A DNA stretch of 32,021 nt from a virus (lineage: Duplodnaviria > Caudoviricetes). The stretch lies in IMG/VR virus record IMGVR_UViG_3300030376_004262, positions 1 through 32,021 of that record, one strand, 5' to 3'. The notes under the pieces were generated by a model that was given only the letters and a program-made list of their open reading frames with translations, was not told the origin of the DNA and did no database searches. The first letter of the stretch is position 1, and each line of letters opens with the position of its first letter. Shown one piece after another: positions 7,888 to 16,222 of this stretch. The translations under genes and the position numbers were made by a program.

Positions 7888-10800
7888 CACACGAATATCA
7901 GATACCTATGTTGGCTTAATTAAGACAACTGATAATGCTGCTATTTCTGCAACATTAAAAGAATTAACTGATGGATCTGGAAATGCAACAGGTTTGTTTG
8001 TTAATAATGCAGGAGATTTTAGAGTAAATTCAGTTTTAGCATTTGGCTCATTAAAAGATACAGCAGAAAACATTGTAATCACAAAGTTTGTAGATTCTGC
8101 AGATGGCATACCAAACAACAATAATGACACATCTATTCCTACAAGTAAAGCAGTCAAAGATTTTGTAGAAACTCATGTTACTGCTCAAGATTTAGATTTT
8201 AGAGGGGATGATGCAACAGTTGATGGAGATGTTGATTTAGATAGTGAAAAATTTATCATTTTAGGAACAGCAAATGAGATTGAGACAACAGTACCTTCAG
8301 TTGGTGGAAATACATTACAAATTGGAATAGTAACAAACCCTGCATTGAGTGGCAATGTTGGAATTGCAGGAAATATAGATTTTGCAGATGATGCAAAGGC
8401 AAGATTTGGAGCAAGTCAGGATTTAGAAATTTACCATGATGGCAGTAATTCTTATATAAAAGAAACAGGTGCAGGAAACCTTATTTTAAGAGGAGGGAAT
8501 AGGGTTAATATTCTAGATGATGCAGGAGATACAATGGCTAGATTCCTTAAAGATGAGGGAAATGAATTATATTATAATAATACAAAAAGATTTGAGACAG
8601 TTACAGCAGGTGCAAAAGTAACAGGAAACTTAGAAGTCACAGGAACTATCACAGGAAGTGGTGGGTCTTTCTTGCCATTGGCAGGGGGAACTATGACAGG
8701 CAGTACTATCCATAATGACAATGTAAAAAGCATTTATGGAACTGCTAGTGATGGTTTAGAAATTTATCATAATGGTAATTCGTTTATTGATGAATCAGGT
8801 ACAGGAGATTTATATTTGAGGTCATCTGACAATATGTATTTTCAAACTTATGGAACTGGCAAAGCGTGGATAACTTTAACTGAAAATGCAGGTGTTGATT
8901 TATTCTTTAACGATGTTAAAAAACTTGAGACAACATCAACAGGTGTTACAATAACAGGAAGATTATCAGGATTAACAGACCCTACTCTAGCACAAGATGC
9001 TGCTACAAAAAAATATGTAGATGATTTAGATGCTGCAAGTGATTTAGATTTTGGTGGAGATTCTGGAACAGGAGATGTTGCACTTAATACACAAACATTT
9101 AGTGTTATTGGTACTGCAAATGAAGTAGAAACCACAGCTAGTAATCAGCAACTACAAATAGGTTTACCAAGTTCAATTAGTGTGAACTCTGCATCAGCAA
9201 CAGCACTTCAAACTGCTAGAGACATCTCTCTGACTGGTCAAGCGACTGCTACTATAAGTAGCTTTGATGGAAGTTCAAATGTATCTGGTGCAGTCACATT
9301 AGACAATGATTCTGTTACAGGAAAAGTGCTAACAGGTTTAGCATCTCCAACAGCTTCAAACATATTAGCAAGTGATTCTATTTTACAGGCATTTGGAAAA
9401 GCACAAAGTCAAATCAATACTTTGGCAGGTGGATTAAGATTCATGGGAACATGGAATGCAAACACAAATACACCTACTTTACAAAGTGGTGGTGGAGAAG
9501 CAGATTCAGGAACTACAACAGGAACAGCTACAAATAAATTAATTCAGTCAGGTCAAAACTTTACAAGCACAGTTACAAATGGTGACCAAGTTGTTAATCA
9601 AGCATCAGGAGCAACAGCTCTTGTTACAAATGTTGATAGTAACACACAATTAACACTTGATGCAGACATCATGGTGTCAGGTCAAGCATATACAATAGAC
9701 AACTCTCCTTTTATAACTCAGGGTCATTATTTTGTGGTTTCAGTTGGTGGAACTCAATCATTGAATGGATTATCAAATTGGGCAGTTGGAGATTGGGTTA
9801 TTGCAGGAGCAGGAAATGTTTGGGAAAAATTAGACCATACACAAGTTGATGGAACAGGAACAGCAGGAAACATTGCTAAATTTAGTTCTACAAATGTTAT
9901 TGCAGATTCTATAATGGCAGAATCAGGAAGTACAATCACAGTTACAGGTGGATTAACAACAACTCAAAATTTAAATGTAGGTGGCAATTCATCTTTTTCA
10001 AATAAACTTGTCATTGACAACAATACAGAAATAAGGTTTAAAGATAGTGGTGGAACAGAAAGAACTACTCTTGAATTAGATTCAAGTAACGATTTATATG
10101 TAGGTACTTCAGCAGGTGGAAATTTATTTTTAGTTAATGGCTCAAGTTACACAACAGCAGTCACAATAGATGTTAATCAAAAAACGACATTTGCAGGAAA
10201 TGTAGAAATTGGAAAAAGTAATCCTGAACTTAAATTTAATAATTTAGCAGGAGGTGGAGCTGATCCTATTCTTAAAGCATCTGGTACAGATTTCACAATA
10301 TCAACAACAAGTCTAACAGCTTTAACAGTTGGTTTATCAACAGGAACTTTAAGTGTTTTATCAAATATTTCTACAGCAGGTCAGGTTTTGTGTAGTACAG
10401 ACACCTCAACTCCTACAACTGGGGATGCTGTATTTTATAAATCAAGTGCAGGAGCAGTTCTATCAGGTTACCAAACAATATTAGAAACAGGTTCTGCAGG
10501 TTCTAGAGCAGTTGGTTTAACCATAGACAATAATCAAAATGCAACTTTTGCAGGAACAATAAATTCAGGTAGTGTAACTTCAACAGGCATTGTCAAAGCA
10601 GCTACTACTTTTCAAAGTACTGCAGGAAGTATGACATTTTTTGTTCCTAATCATGGTCAAGCATTAGAAATTGCACAAAATACAGGAAATGCAAGTTTTA
10701 CGAGTTTTGTAGGCATAGGGACTTCAACAATACCAAACCCTTTTAGTGGTGCATACAATAATATTTTACAAGTAGGAACAACAAGTGGTCATACAAGGTT

Positions 10801-12613
10801 AGCAATTACTGCAGGTGACACTAAATCAAGCGATTTAACATTTGCAGATTCAAATGATGCTGCAGATGCAGGCTCAACCATTGGTAGTATTTCTTATAAA
10901 CACGATTCAAATGCTATGCTTTTTGCTACAAGTGGTTTAGAAAGAATGAGGGTTGATAGCTCAGGAAACATACAATTTACAGGAGCAACTGCAAACACTA
11001 CTGTTCTTTCAATGAATACTGCTGATGGCTCAGATACAAAACAATTAAGTCTAGCAGGTGGTGGTGCAGATAGTGATGGTAGAGGTGCTAGAATGAGGTT
11101 ATATGGAAATGAACATGCAAGTACAGCTGGTGTGGTAGATTTATCAACAGGAAATGTTGCAGGATGTGATATGCACTTGCGAGCTAAAGATGATATGTTC
11201 TTATATACTGATGGCACTGCAAGATTAACTATTGATGGGTCATCAGGAACTTCATCATTTTCTGCAGCAGTTATTTTTAATGATCATACTACACATCTTG
11301 ACCAAGTTAAAGCGAGATTTGGAACAGATGCAGATGCAACTATTGAGCATAATGGAAGTCATTTGTTTATAGATAATACAAAGGGAACATCATATCTAAG
11401 AAATACAGGTGCAAATTCAGCAGGTATTATAATTAGAAATGATGATGTGGGAGATATTCATATTGATAATGATTTTGCAGGAGCTGTAAAATTTAGCACA
11501 AGTGCTACTACTCGCATGACTATTGACTCATCAGGTGGAGTTGGTATTGGTAAAGTTGCTGCTAAAAAATTAGATGTAGAGGGTGCAATAAGAACAATAA
11601 ATACAGCAGGAACTTCTGCTGCTGAATTGGATATTACAAGTGGCTCAACTTGGACATTAAGGTCTAACCCAGTAAGTGGTGCAAATGCTTATGGTTTAGA
11701 TTTTATAAAAGGTAGTGCAGGGACTGATAAAAAAATGTCAATATTATCAACAGGAGATGTTTGTATTGGTACAGACAGCCCATCTTCTAACACTAATTAT
11801 GGAACAGGAGATTTAAATGTTGAAAATGATACTTTTGCTTCTGCTCAAATTATGTCACATAGTGATGCAGTAGGGAATTTCTCATTTATAGGATTAGGAA
11901 AATCAAGTGGAACAGGTGCAAGTCCAACAATAGTACAAGCTAATGAAACAGTAGGTTTAATTGGTTTTTATGGTTATGATGGAGGTGCTTATAAAAGAAT
12001 AGCTGATATTCGTAGTGCAATTGATGGAACACCTGGCTCAGGGGATATGCCTGGAAGATTGGAATTTCATACTTCTTCTGATGGAACTGCTGTGCCTGCA
12101 AAAAGAATGGTTATTAATGATACAGGGGATATTGAAGTTAAAACAGGAAGTATTTTAGTTGAAACAGCAGGAAAAGGAATTTATTTAGGTGGTACAGGAA
12201 GTGCTAATTTATTAGATGATTATGAAGAAGGAACTTGGACACCTCAAGCATATTATCAAAATTCAACAGATCAAGGAAACACAACAGATAATGCAGCAAC
12301 AGGAACTTATACAAAAGTAGGAAGTTTAGTTACAGTATGGATTTCAATAAATTGGACTATAACAGGTTCACCTGTAAATGATAATGTTGGTATTAAAAAT
12401 TTCCCATTCAGAGGTGCTAATAATTTAAATAGAGATTCTGCAGTTGTTATTTTTATGAAAAATGATACAAATCCAATTTTATTTTCAGTTCCAGAAAATA
12501 ATACTACATTAGGTTTATTTATGGGGTCTGATTATAATGGAAATTATGGAAATGAATTAGGGGCAGGAACACACGAATGTAGAATTACATTTTCATATTA
12601 TACAGACCAATAA
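7871..12613 (+). CDS. Long tail fibre / receptor-binding protein (1580 aa)
   Basis: Gly/Thr/Ser-rich. Repeated FGxxxDLEIYHDGSNSYI, LDFxGDxxxGDVxL...GTANExETT and RMxxDSSG modules, a QDAATKKYVD motif, and a C-terminal LDDYEEGTWTP domain. Confidence 0.85.
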   Translation: MATLFNTRISDTYVGLIKTTDNAAISATLKELTDGSGNATGLFVNNAGDFRVNSVLAFGSLKDTAENIVITKFVDSADGIPNNNNDTSIPTSKAVKDFVETHVTAQDLDFRGDDATVDGDVDLDSEKFIILGTANEIETTVPSVGGNTLQIGIVTNPALSGNVGIAGNIDFADDAKARFGASQDLEIYHDGSNSYIKETGAGNLILRGGNRVNILDDAGDTMARFLKDEGNELYYNNTKRFETVTAGAKVTGNLEVTGTITGSGGSFLPLAGGTMTGSTIHNDNVKSIYGTASDGLEIYHNGNSFIDESGTGDLYLRSSDNMYFQTYGTGKAWITLTENAGVDLFFNDVKKLETTSTGVTITGRLSGLTDPTLAQDAATKKYVDDLDAASDLDFGGDSGTGDVALNTQTFSVIGTANEVETTASNQQLQIGLPSSISVNSASATALQTARDISLTGQATATISSFDGSSNVSGAVTLDNDSVTGKVLTGLASPTASNILASDSILQAFGKAQSQINTLAGGLRFMGTWNANTNTPTLQSGGGEADSGTTTGTATNKLIQSGQNFTSTVTNGDQVVNQASGATALVTNVDSNTQLTLDADIMVSGQAYTIDNSPFITQGHYFVVSVGGTQSLNGLSNWAVGDWVIAGAGNVWEKLDHTQVDGTGTAGNIAKFSSTNVIADSIMAESGSTITVTGGLTTTQNLNVGGNSSFSNKLVIDNNTEIRFKDSGGTERTTLELDSSNDLYVGTSAGGNLFLVNGSSYTTAVTIDVNQKTTFAGNVEIGKSNPELKFNNLAGGGADPILKASGTDFTISTTSLTALTVGLSTGTLSVLSNISTAGQVLCSTDTSTPTTGDAVFYKSSAGAVLSGYQTILETGSAGSRAVGLTIDNNQNATFAGTINSGSVTSTGIVKAATTFQSTAGSMTFFVPNHGQALEIAQNTGNASFTSFVGIGTSTIPNPFSGAYNNILQVGTTSGHTRLAITAGDTKSSDLTFADSNDAADAGSTIGSISYKHDSNAMLFATSGLERMRVDSSGNIQFTGATANTTVLSMNTADGSDTKQLSLAGGGADSDGRGARMRLYGNEHASTAGVVDLSTGNVAGCDMHLRAKDDMFLYTDGTARLTIDGSSGTSSFSAAVIFNDHTTHLDQVKARFGTDADATIEHNGSHLFIDNTKGTSYLRNTGANSAGIIIRNDDVGDIHIDNDFAGAVKFSTSATTRMTIDSSGGVGIGKVAAKKLDVEGAIRTINTAGTSAAELDITSGSTWTLRSNPVSGANAYGLDFIKGSAGTDKKMSILSTGDVCIGTDSPSSNTNYGTGDLNVENDTFASAQIMSHSDAVGNFSFIGLGKSSGTGASPTIVQANETVGLIGFYGYDGGAYKRIADIRSAIDGTPGSGDMPGRLEFHTSSDGTAVPAKRMVINDTGDIEVKTGSILVETAGKGIYLGGTGSANLLDDYEEGTWTPQAYYQNSTDQGNTTDNAATGTYTKVGSLVTVWISINWTITGSPVNDNVGIKNFPFRGANNLNRDSAVVIFMKNDTNPILFSVPENNTTLGLFMGSDYNGNYGNELGAGTHECRITFSYYTDQ

Positions 12614-12624
12614 TAAATAATCTT

Positions 12625-12632
12625 TATATTTG
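12625..12632 (+). promoter_or_regulatory. Bacteroidota-type -7 promoter element TATATTTG
   Basis: Matches TAnnTTTG in the intergenic region before 12661; no clear -33 TTG. Confidence 0.5.
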
Positions 12633-12660
12633 AATATTATTAACAATAAATTTAAAAACA

Positions 12661-12900
12661 ATGTCAAAAATTAAAAAAGAAGAATTAGAAAAATTACAAG
12701 AGTTCCAACAAAAATTAGGTGCTATAAAGCATGATTTAGGATTATTAGAAACTCAAAAGCATAGCTTATTGCATATGTATGCTGATGAAGTTGGTAAACA
12801 AGAGGAACTTAAAAAGGAATTGGAAGATTCTTATGGAAAAATAAACATAGATTTAAAAGATGGAAGCTACGAAGAAATCAAAGAAGAAGATAATAAGTAA
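12661..12900 (+). CDS. Small coiled-coil protein following the tail fibre
   Basis: 79 aa heptad-rich sequence ending YGKINIDLKDGSYEE. Confidence 0.65.
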   Translation: MSKIKKEELEKLQEFQQKLGAIKHDLGLLETQKHSLLHMYADEVGKQEELKKELEDSYGKINIDLKDGSYEEIKEEDNK

Positions 12901-13342
12901 ACACATATCATACAATGAGGGTGTTAGATCTGCAACTGCTACTAAGTTGAAGATTGACAATAAACCAACAGATGACATTTTAAAAAAAATGGTGGTGGTT
13001 GCAGAAGAAGTATTTGAGCCATTGAGAGAATGGTGCAAACACCCAATTAATGTAAATTCTTTTTATAGATCTCCAAAATTAAATTCTGCTTTGAAAGGAA
13101 GTTTGACTAGCAGTCATATGTCTGGAGAAGCAATAGATATTTCTACATTAGGAAAAAAAACAAATGGAGAATTATTTGAGTATATAAAAGAAAAATTAGA
13201 GTTTGACCAACTCATATGGGAATTTGGAAATGATGAAAACCCAAGATGGATACATGTGAGTTACAAGAATAAAAAAGATAATAGAAAAGATGTGCTAAGG
13301 GCTAAATATAAAGGGAGCAGAGTAACTTATTTTAGAATGTGA
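12860..13342 (+). CDS. Endolysin, peptidase M15 family (D-Ala-D-Ala carboxypeptidase-like)
   Basis: SFYRSPKLN, SSHMSGEAIDI and WIHVSY zinc-peptidase motifs. Confidence 0.85.
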   Translation: MEATKKSKKKIISKHISYNEGVRSATATKLKIDNKPTDDILKKMVVVAEEVFEPLREWCKHPINVNSFYRSPKLNSALKGSLTSSHMSGEAIDISTLGKKTNGELFEYIKEKLEFDQLIWEFGNDENPRWIHVSYKNKKDNRKDVLRAKYKGSRVTYFRM

Positions 13343-13491
13343 TGAAATATGAAATTGCTATAATAGATAGAACGCTACAATGCTATTCTTTTATTCTAGG
13401 AGTTTCTATACACCCAAAAGATAATGCTAATGATTTTTTAGAAATCAATTTTTATTTCCTTTTTTTAGTATTGCACATAAAAATATATTAA
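13342..13491 (+). CDS. Small hydrophobic protein (49 aa, not in ORF track)
   Basis: MKYEIAIIDRTLQCYSFILGVSIHPKDNANDFLEINFYFLFLVLHIKIY; TGATG coupling; fills the gap exactly. Confidence 0.55.
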   Translation: MKYEIAIIDRTLQCYSFILGVSIHPKDNANDFLEINFYFLFLVLHIKIY

Positions 13492-13492
13492 G

Positions 13493-13936
13493 ATGCCAAT
13501 ACCAAAGAGAAAACAAAATGAGAAACAATCTGCATTTATGATTAGATGCATACCTCAGTTGATGAAATATCATCCTAGAGAACAAGCTGTAGCAATGTGT
13601 TATAAGGCTTTTAAAGGCTCTAGTGAGGTTGAATTAGAATCATACAACGATTATCCTGATTCTGCTAGTAATAATGCTAAGAGAGCAATAAAATGGAAAG
13701 AAGAAAAAGGATCTTCATGTGGAACTCAGGTAGGGTGGACAAGGGCTAGACAGCTAGCAGACAAAAAAAATATATCCAGAGATACTATTGCAAGAATGGC
13801 ATCTTTTAAAAGGCATCAAAAAAGCAAAGATGTGCCATATTCTGAGGGATGTGGTGGCATTATGTGGGATGCTTGGGGTGGCACTTCTGGGGTTGAATGG
13901 GCTATAAATAAATTGAAACAAATAGATAAAAAATAA
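13493..13936 (+). CDS. Conserved phage protein, two-module, possibly head-associated
   Basis: N-terminal MPIP...FMIRC...QAVAMC module, then EVELE, then a SYNDYP...CGTQVGWTRARQLA...MWDAWGG domain. Confidence 0.65.
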   Translation: MPIPKRKQNEKQSAFMIRCIPQLMKYHPREQAVAMCYKAFKGSSEVELESYNDYPDSASNNAKRAIKWKEEKGSSCGTQVGWTRARQLADKKNISRDTIARMASFKRHQKSKDVPYSEGCGGIMWDAWGGTSGVEWAINKLKQIDKK

Positions 13937-13937
13937 A

Positions 13938-14099
13938 ATGGAAAATGTAGATATGAAAATATATTTATTCAACACAATAGCACTTGGTATATCAATGACA
14001 GAAATAGAATTATCATTAAAAATAATTTTATTAATCTGCACAATAATTTATACAATAAAAAAAATAATAGAAAAAGACAATGGCAAAAAAACTAAGTGA
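13938..14099 (+). CDS. Small membrane protein, holin-like (53 aa, not in ORF track)
   Basis: MENVDMKIYLFNTIALGISMTEIELSLKIILLICTIIYTIKKIIEKDNGKKTK; hydrophobic helices and a basic tail. Confidence 0.6.
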   Translation: MENVDMKIYLFNTIALGISMTEIELSLKIILLICTIIYTIKKIIEKDNGKKTK

Positions 14100-14388
14100 A
14101 GATACAGAAGTAAAACTTGACCTTAAAACTATTGGCTTGCTTGTTGGTGGGGTTATCTCTCTAGCTAGCATGTGGTTTAGTTTACAGGGAGAAATTCAAG
14201 ACATAAACAACAAAATTGAAAATTTTACAGGAGATGAATTTGTTCAAAAAATGGAGTTTCAATTAAAGGACGAGTTGGTGCGAAGCACAATAATTCAAAT
14301 TGAAAAATCTACTGATGGATTAAAAGAAGATATTCTAGATAATAAGGAAAGAATAAATAAAATAGAAGATAAAGTTTACAAAAGATGA
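14080..14388 (+). CDS. Membrane-anchored coiled-coil protein
   Basis: N-terminal TM segment (IGLLVGGVISLASMWFSL) followed by heptads. Confidence 0.65.
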   Translation: MAKKLSEDTEVKLDLKTIGLLVGGVISLASMWFSLQGEIQDINNKIENFTGDEFVQKMEFQLKDELVRSTIIQIEKSTDGLKEDILDNKERINKIEDKVYKR

Positions 14389-14711
14389 GAAATTTAATTT
14401 TAATAGCATTTATGTTATTTGGCTTTTTAGCTAATGCTCAAGACAAAATTACAGTTATACATTTTAATTATAAATGGAACTCTAGAAATGATTATAATCT
14501 TAGAGGTTTACAAAATGCAAAAGTGCAATATGCTTGGCTAGAGGAACAGCCACAAAATATAGTTGAAACTATTAAGACAGTTCCTGTGATTGTTATTTTA
14601 GGAAAAGATGGTAGAGTAAAAATGCAATATGCTGCTGATCTATCTTTTAAAATACAAGCAACAAAAGAAGACATTCAAAAATCAATAAATAGAATTTTAA
14701 TAGAACAATAA
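14385..14711 (+). CDS. Secreted thioredoxin-fold-like protein without CxxC
   Basis: Signal peptide ending ANA|Q; VIHFNYKWN and IKTVPVIVILGKDG align by eye with thioredoxin strands and the cis-Pro; no Cys. Confidence 0.55.
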   Translation: MRNLILIAFMLFGFLANAQDKITVIHFNYKWNSRNDYNLRGLQNAKVQYAWLEEQPQNIVETIKTVPVIVILGKDGRVKMQYAADLSFKIQATKEDIQKSINRILIEQ

Positions 14712-14712
14712 T

Positions 14713-14853
14713 ATGGAAACATTAAAACACATTTTAGGAATCTGTGGAGATCATTGGCATGCTAACATTTTCACAATCACATTATTAGTAATTATTTTAA
14801 AATACAGTTATGAAAAATATATTAGCAAAAATATTTGGATCAGCAGGAGGTAG
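14713..14853 (+). CDS. Small membrane protein (46 aa, not in ORF track)
   Basis: METLKHILGICGDHWHANIFTITLLVIILKYSYEKYISKNIWISRR; H/C/H/H cluster then a TM segment. Confidence 0.5.
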   Translation: METLKHILGICGDHWHANIFTITLLVIILKYSYEKYISKNIWISRR

Positions 14854-15217
14854 TATAGCTGACAAAATTTCTGGAGTTGTTGATAAATTTGTACAAACAA
14901 AAGATGAAAAAGCTGAGTTTGAAAAGGAAATGACTAACATATTTATGTCACATGAATTGAGTTTAGAAAAAGAAATAAGTGAAAGGCATAAAAATGATAT
15001 GCAATCTGATTCATGGTTGAGTAAAAACATCAGACCATTATTAACTATTTTTAGTTTAGTGCTTTATACTTTATTTGCAATAACTGATGGAAACATTGGA
15101 GAATTTAATATAGCAAATCAGTATGTAGATTTACTAGGTCAGATAGTAATTATGAGTTTAGGTTTTTATTTTACATCTAGAGGTATTGAAAAAACAGCTA
15201 AAATTATCAGAAAATAA
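14810..15217 (+). CDS. Holin, GTA 3TM-holin-like
   Basis: RHKNDMQSDSWLSKNIRPL, hydrophobic helices, GFYFTSRGIEK. Confidence 0.8.
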   Translation: MKNILAKIFGSAGGSIADKISGVVDKFVQTKDEKAEFEKEMTNIFMSHELSLEKEISERHKNDMQSDSWLSKNIRPLLTIFSLVLYTLFAITDGNIGEFNIANQYVDLLGQIVIMSLGFYFTSRGIEKTAKIIRK

Positions 15218-15342
15218 TGCCAAAGAAAATAATATCAACATTTGTAAAAAGAAAGAGGAAATCGCATCCACACAGCAAAAATTTGAGTAGGTTAAAAACA
15301 AGCAAACAATATAAAAAACCATATAGAGGACAGGGGAGATAA
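15217..15342 (+). CDS. Small highly basic protein ending YRGQGR (41 aa, not in ORF track)
   Basis: MPKKIISTFVKRKRKSHPHSKNLSRLKTSKQYKKPYRGQGR; TAATG coupling. Confidence 0.7.
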   Translation: MPKKIISTFVKRKRKSHPHSKNLSRLKTSKQYKKPYRGQGR

Positions 15343-15365
15343 AAAAAATTATATATATTTGACAT

Positions 15366-15436
15366 CCTAGTCGCAAATCTAGTCAAGTTGCTAAACTTCA
15401 GGTAACCACTCTCTGTTGGATCTTGCAACTTTTTTT
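15366..15436 (+). ncRNA. Candidate small RNA
   Basis: TATATTTG at 15354-15361, then a locally GC-richer ~70 nt with an AAGTTGC/GCAACTT stem ending in a T-run. Confidence 0.4.
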
Positions 15437-15520
15437 ATTAAGATTTTTTTCTTTTTTTTTGGGGGTTTTTTTTTCTTTTTTTCTTTTATTGCAATAATAA
15501 CTATATTTAAAAAAAATGAA

Positions 15521-15754
15521 ATGATTTATTCAAATGATAAAATAGATAAAATTCTCTCATATACATCTTTAAAAAAAAGAGATAAAATAGATAGAATGTT
15601 ACATATAGATGCAATACAATATTGTAATCTAGGAAAAGATTCTAGTAAGTCAGAAAAAGAACAAGTTAAGAAAAACAGCAGATATATATACAGAGCAATA
15701 TCTAAAATAGATAAGGAATTAGGGAATAAATTTTTGCAATATCAGGATAAATGA
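15521..15754 (+). CDS. Hypothetical protein (start revised from 15416 to 15521)
   Basis: MIYSNDKIDKIL...; the upstream extension is a poly-Phe translation of a T-tract; TATATTTA at 15502-15509. Confidence 0.7.
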   Translation: MIYSNDKIDKILSYTSLKKRDKIDRMLHIDAIQYCNLGKDSSKSEKEQVKKNSRYIYRAISKIDKELGNKFLQYQDK

Positions 15755-16143
15755 AAAAAAAATTATCCAGATCTAAAATTGTGAAAAAATTAGATGCAAT
15801 ATTTAGTAAGTATATCAGAAAAAAAAATTCTGTTCATGGAAAAGCAACTTGCTTTACTTGTGGAAAGGTAGATGAATGGAAATATTTACAATGTGGACAT
15901 TTTCAAAGTCGCAGACATTATGCTACTAGGTGGGATGATAAAAATTGTCAGGTGCAATGCTCTGGATGCAATTTATTTAAACATGGAGAGCAATATAAAT
16001 TTAGTTTAGAGTTAAATAAAAAATATGGATCAACAACTGCGAATGATCTTCATATTAAATCTCAAACAGAAGTAAAATTTAGCACAAATGATTTATTAGA
16101 AATGATTAAAAAATATCAGGAATTATTTGATAATTTAAAATAA
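15751..16143 (+). CDS. ninG: NinG/Rap-like recombination endonuclease
   Basis: LDAIFSKYIR, CFTCG, CGHFQSR, TRWD and QCSGCN motifs. Confidence 0.85.
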   Translation: MKKKLSRSKIVKKLDAIFSKYIRKKNSVHGKATCFTCGKVDEWKYLQCGHFQSRRHYATRWDDKNCQVQCSGCNLFKHGEQYKFSLELNKKYGSTTANDLHIKSQTEVKFSTNDLLEMIKKYQELFDNLK

Positions 16144-16155
16144 TTACTATATTTG
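16126..16155 (+). promoter_or_regulatory. Host-type promoter TTTG-N18-TATATTTG
   Basis: TTTG 16126-16129 and TATATTTG 16148-16155; no ORF lies between it and the next terminator. Confidence 0.6.
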
Positions 16156-16160
16156 TTTAA

Positions 16161-16215
16161 GTTCTGTTTGTTTTGTCTTAGAAAAAGGAGTTGATTTTAT
16201 TGGCTCTTTTTTTTT
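16161..16215 (+). ncRNA. Candidate ~55-nt trans-acting small RNA
   Basis: Own promoter, an unstructured GU-rich 5' segment and an intrinsic terminator; the 5' segment is complementary to 17524-17539. Confidence 0.5.
16182..16215 (+). terminator. Rho-independent terminator
   Basis: AAAAGGAGTTGAT-ttt-ATTGGCTCTTTT stem (several G-U pairs) plus a T-run. Confidence 0.75.
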
Positions 16216-16222
16216 GTCTAAT

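Noticed and set aside
7871-12613. Diversity-generating retroelement or invertible tail fibre cassette
   Set aside because: No reverse transcriptase, recombinase, or near-identical template/variable repeat pair was seen
15361-15370. GACATCC complementarity to the AGATGTC repeats in the 24276 RNA
   Set aside because: Only 6-7 nt long, and it partly lies upstream of the predicted transcription start, so it is probably chance
15416-15520. Poly-Phe N-terminal extension of ORF 15416-15754
   Set aside because: It is a translation of a non-coding T-tract; ATG 15521 after TATATTTA is the better start
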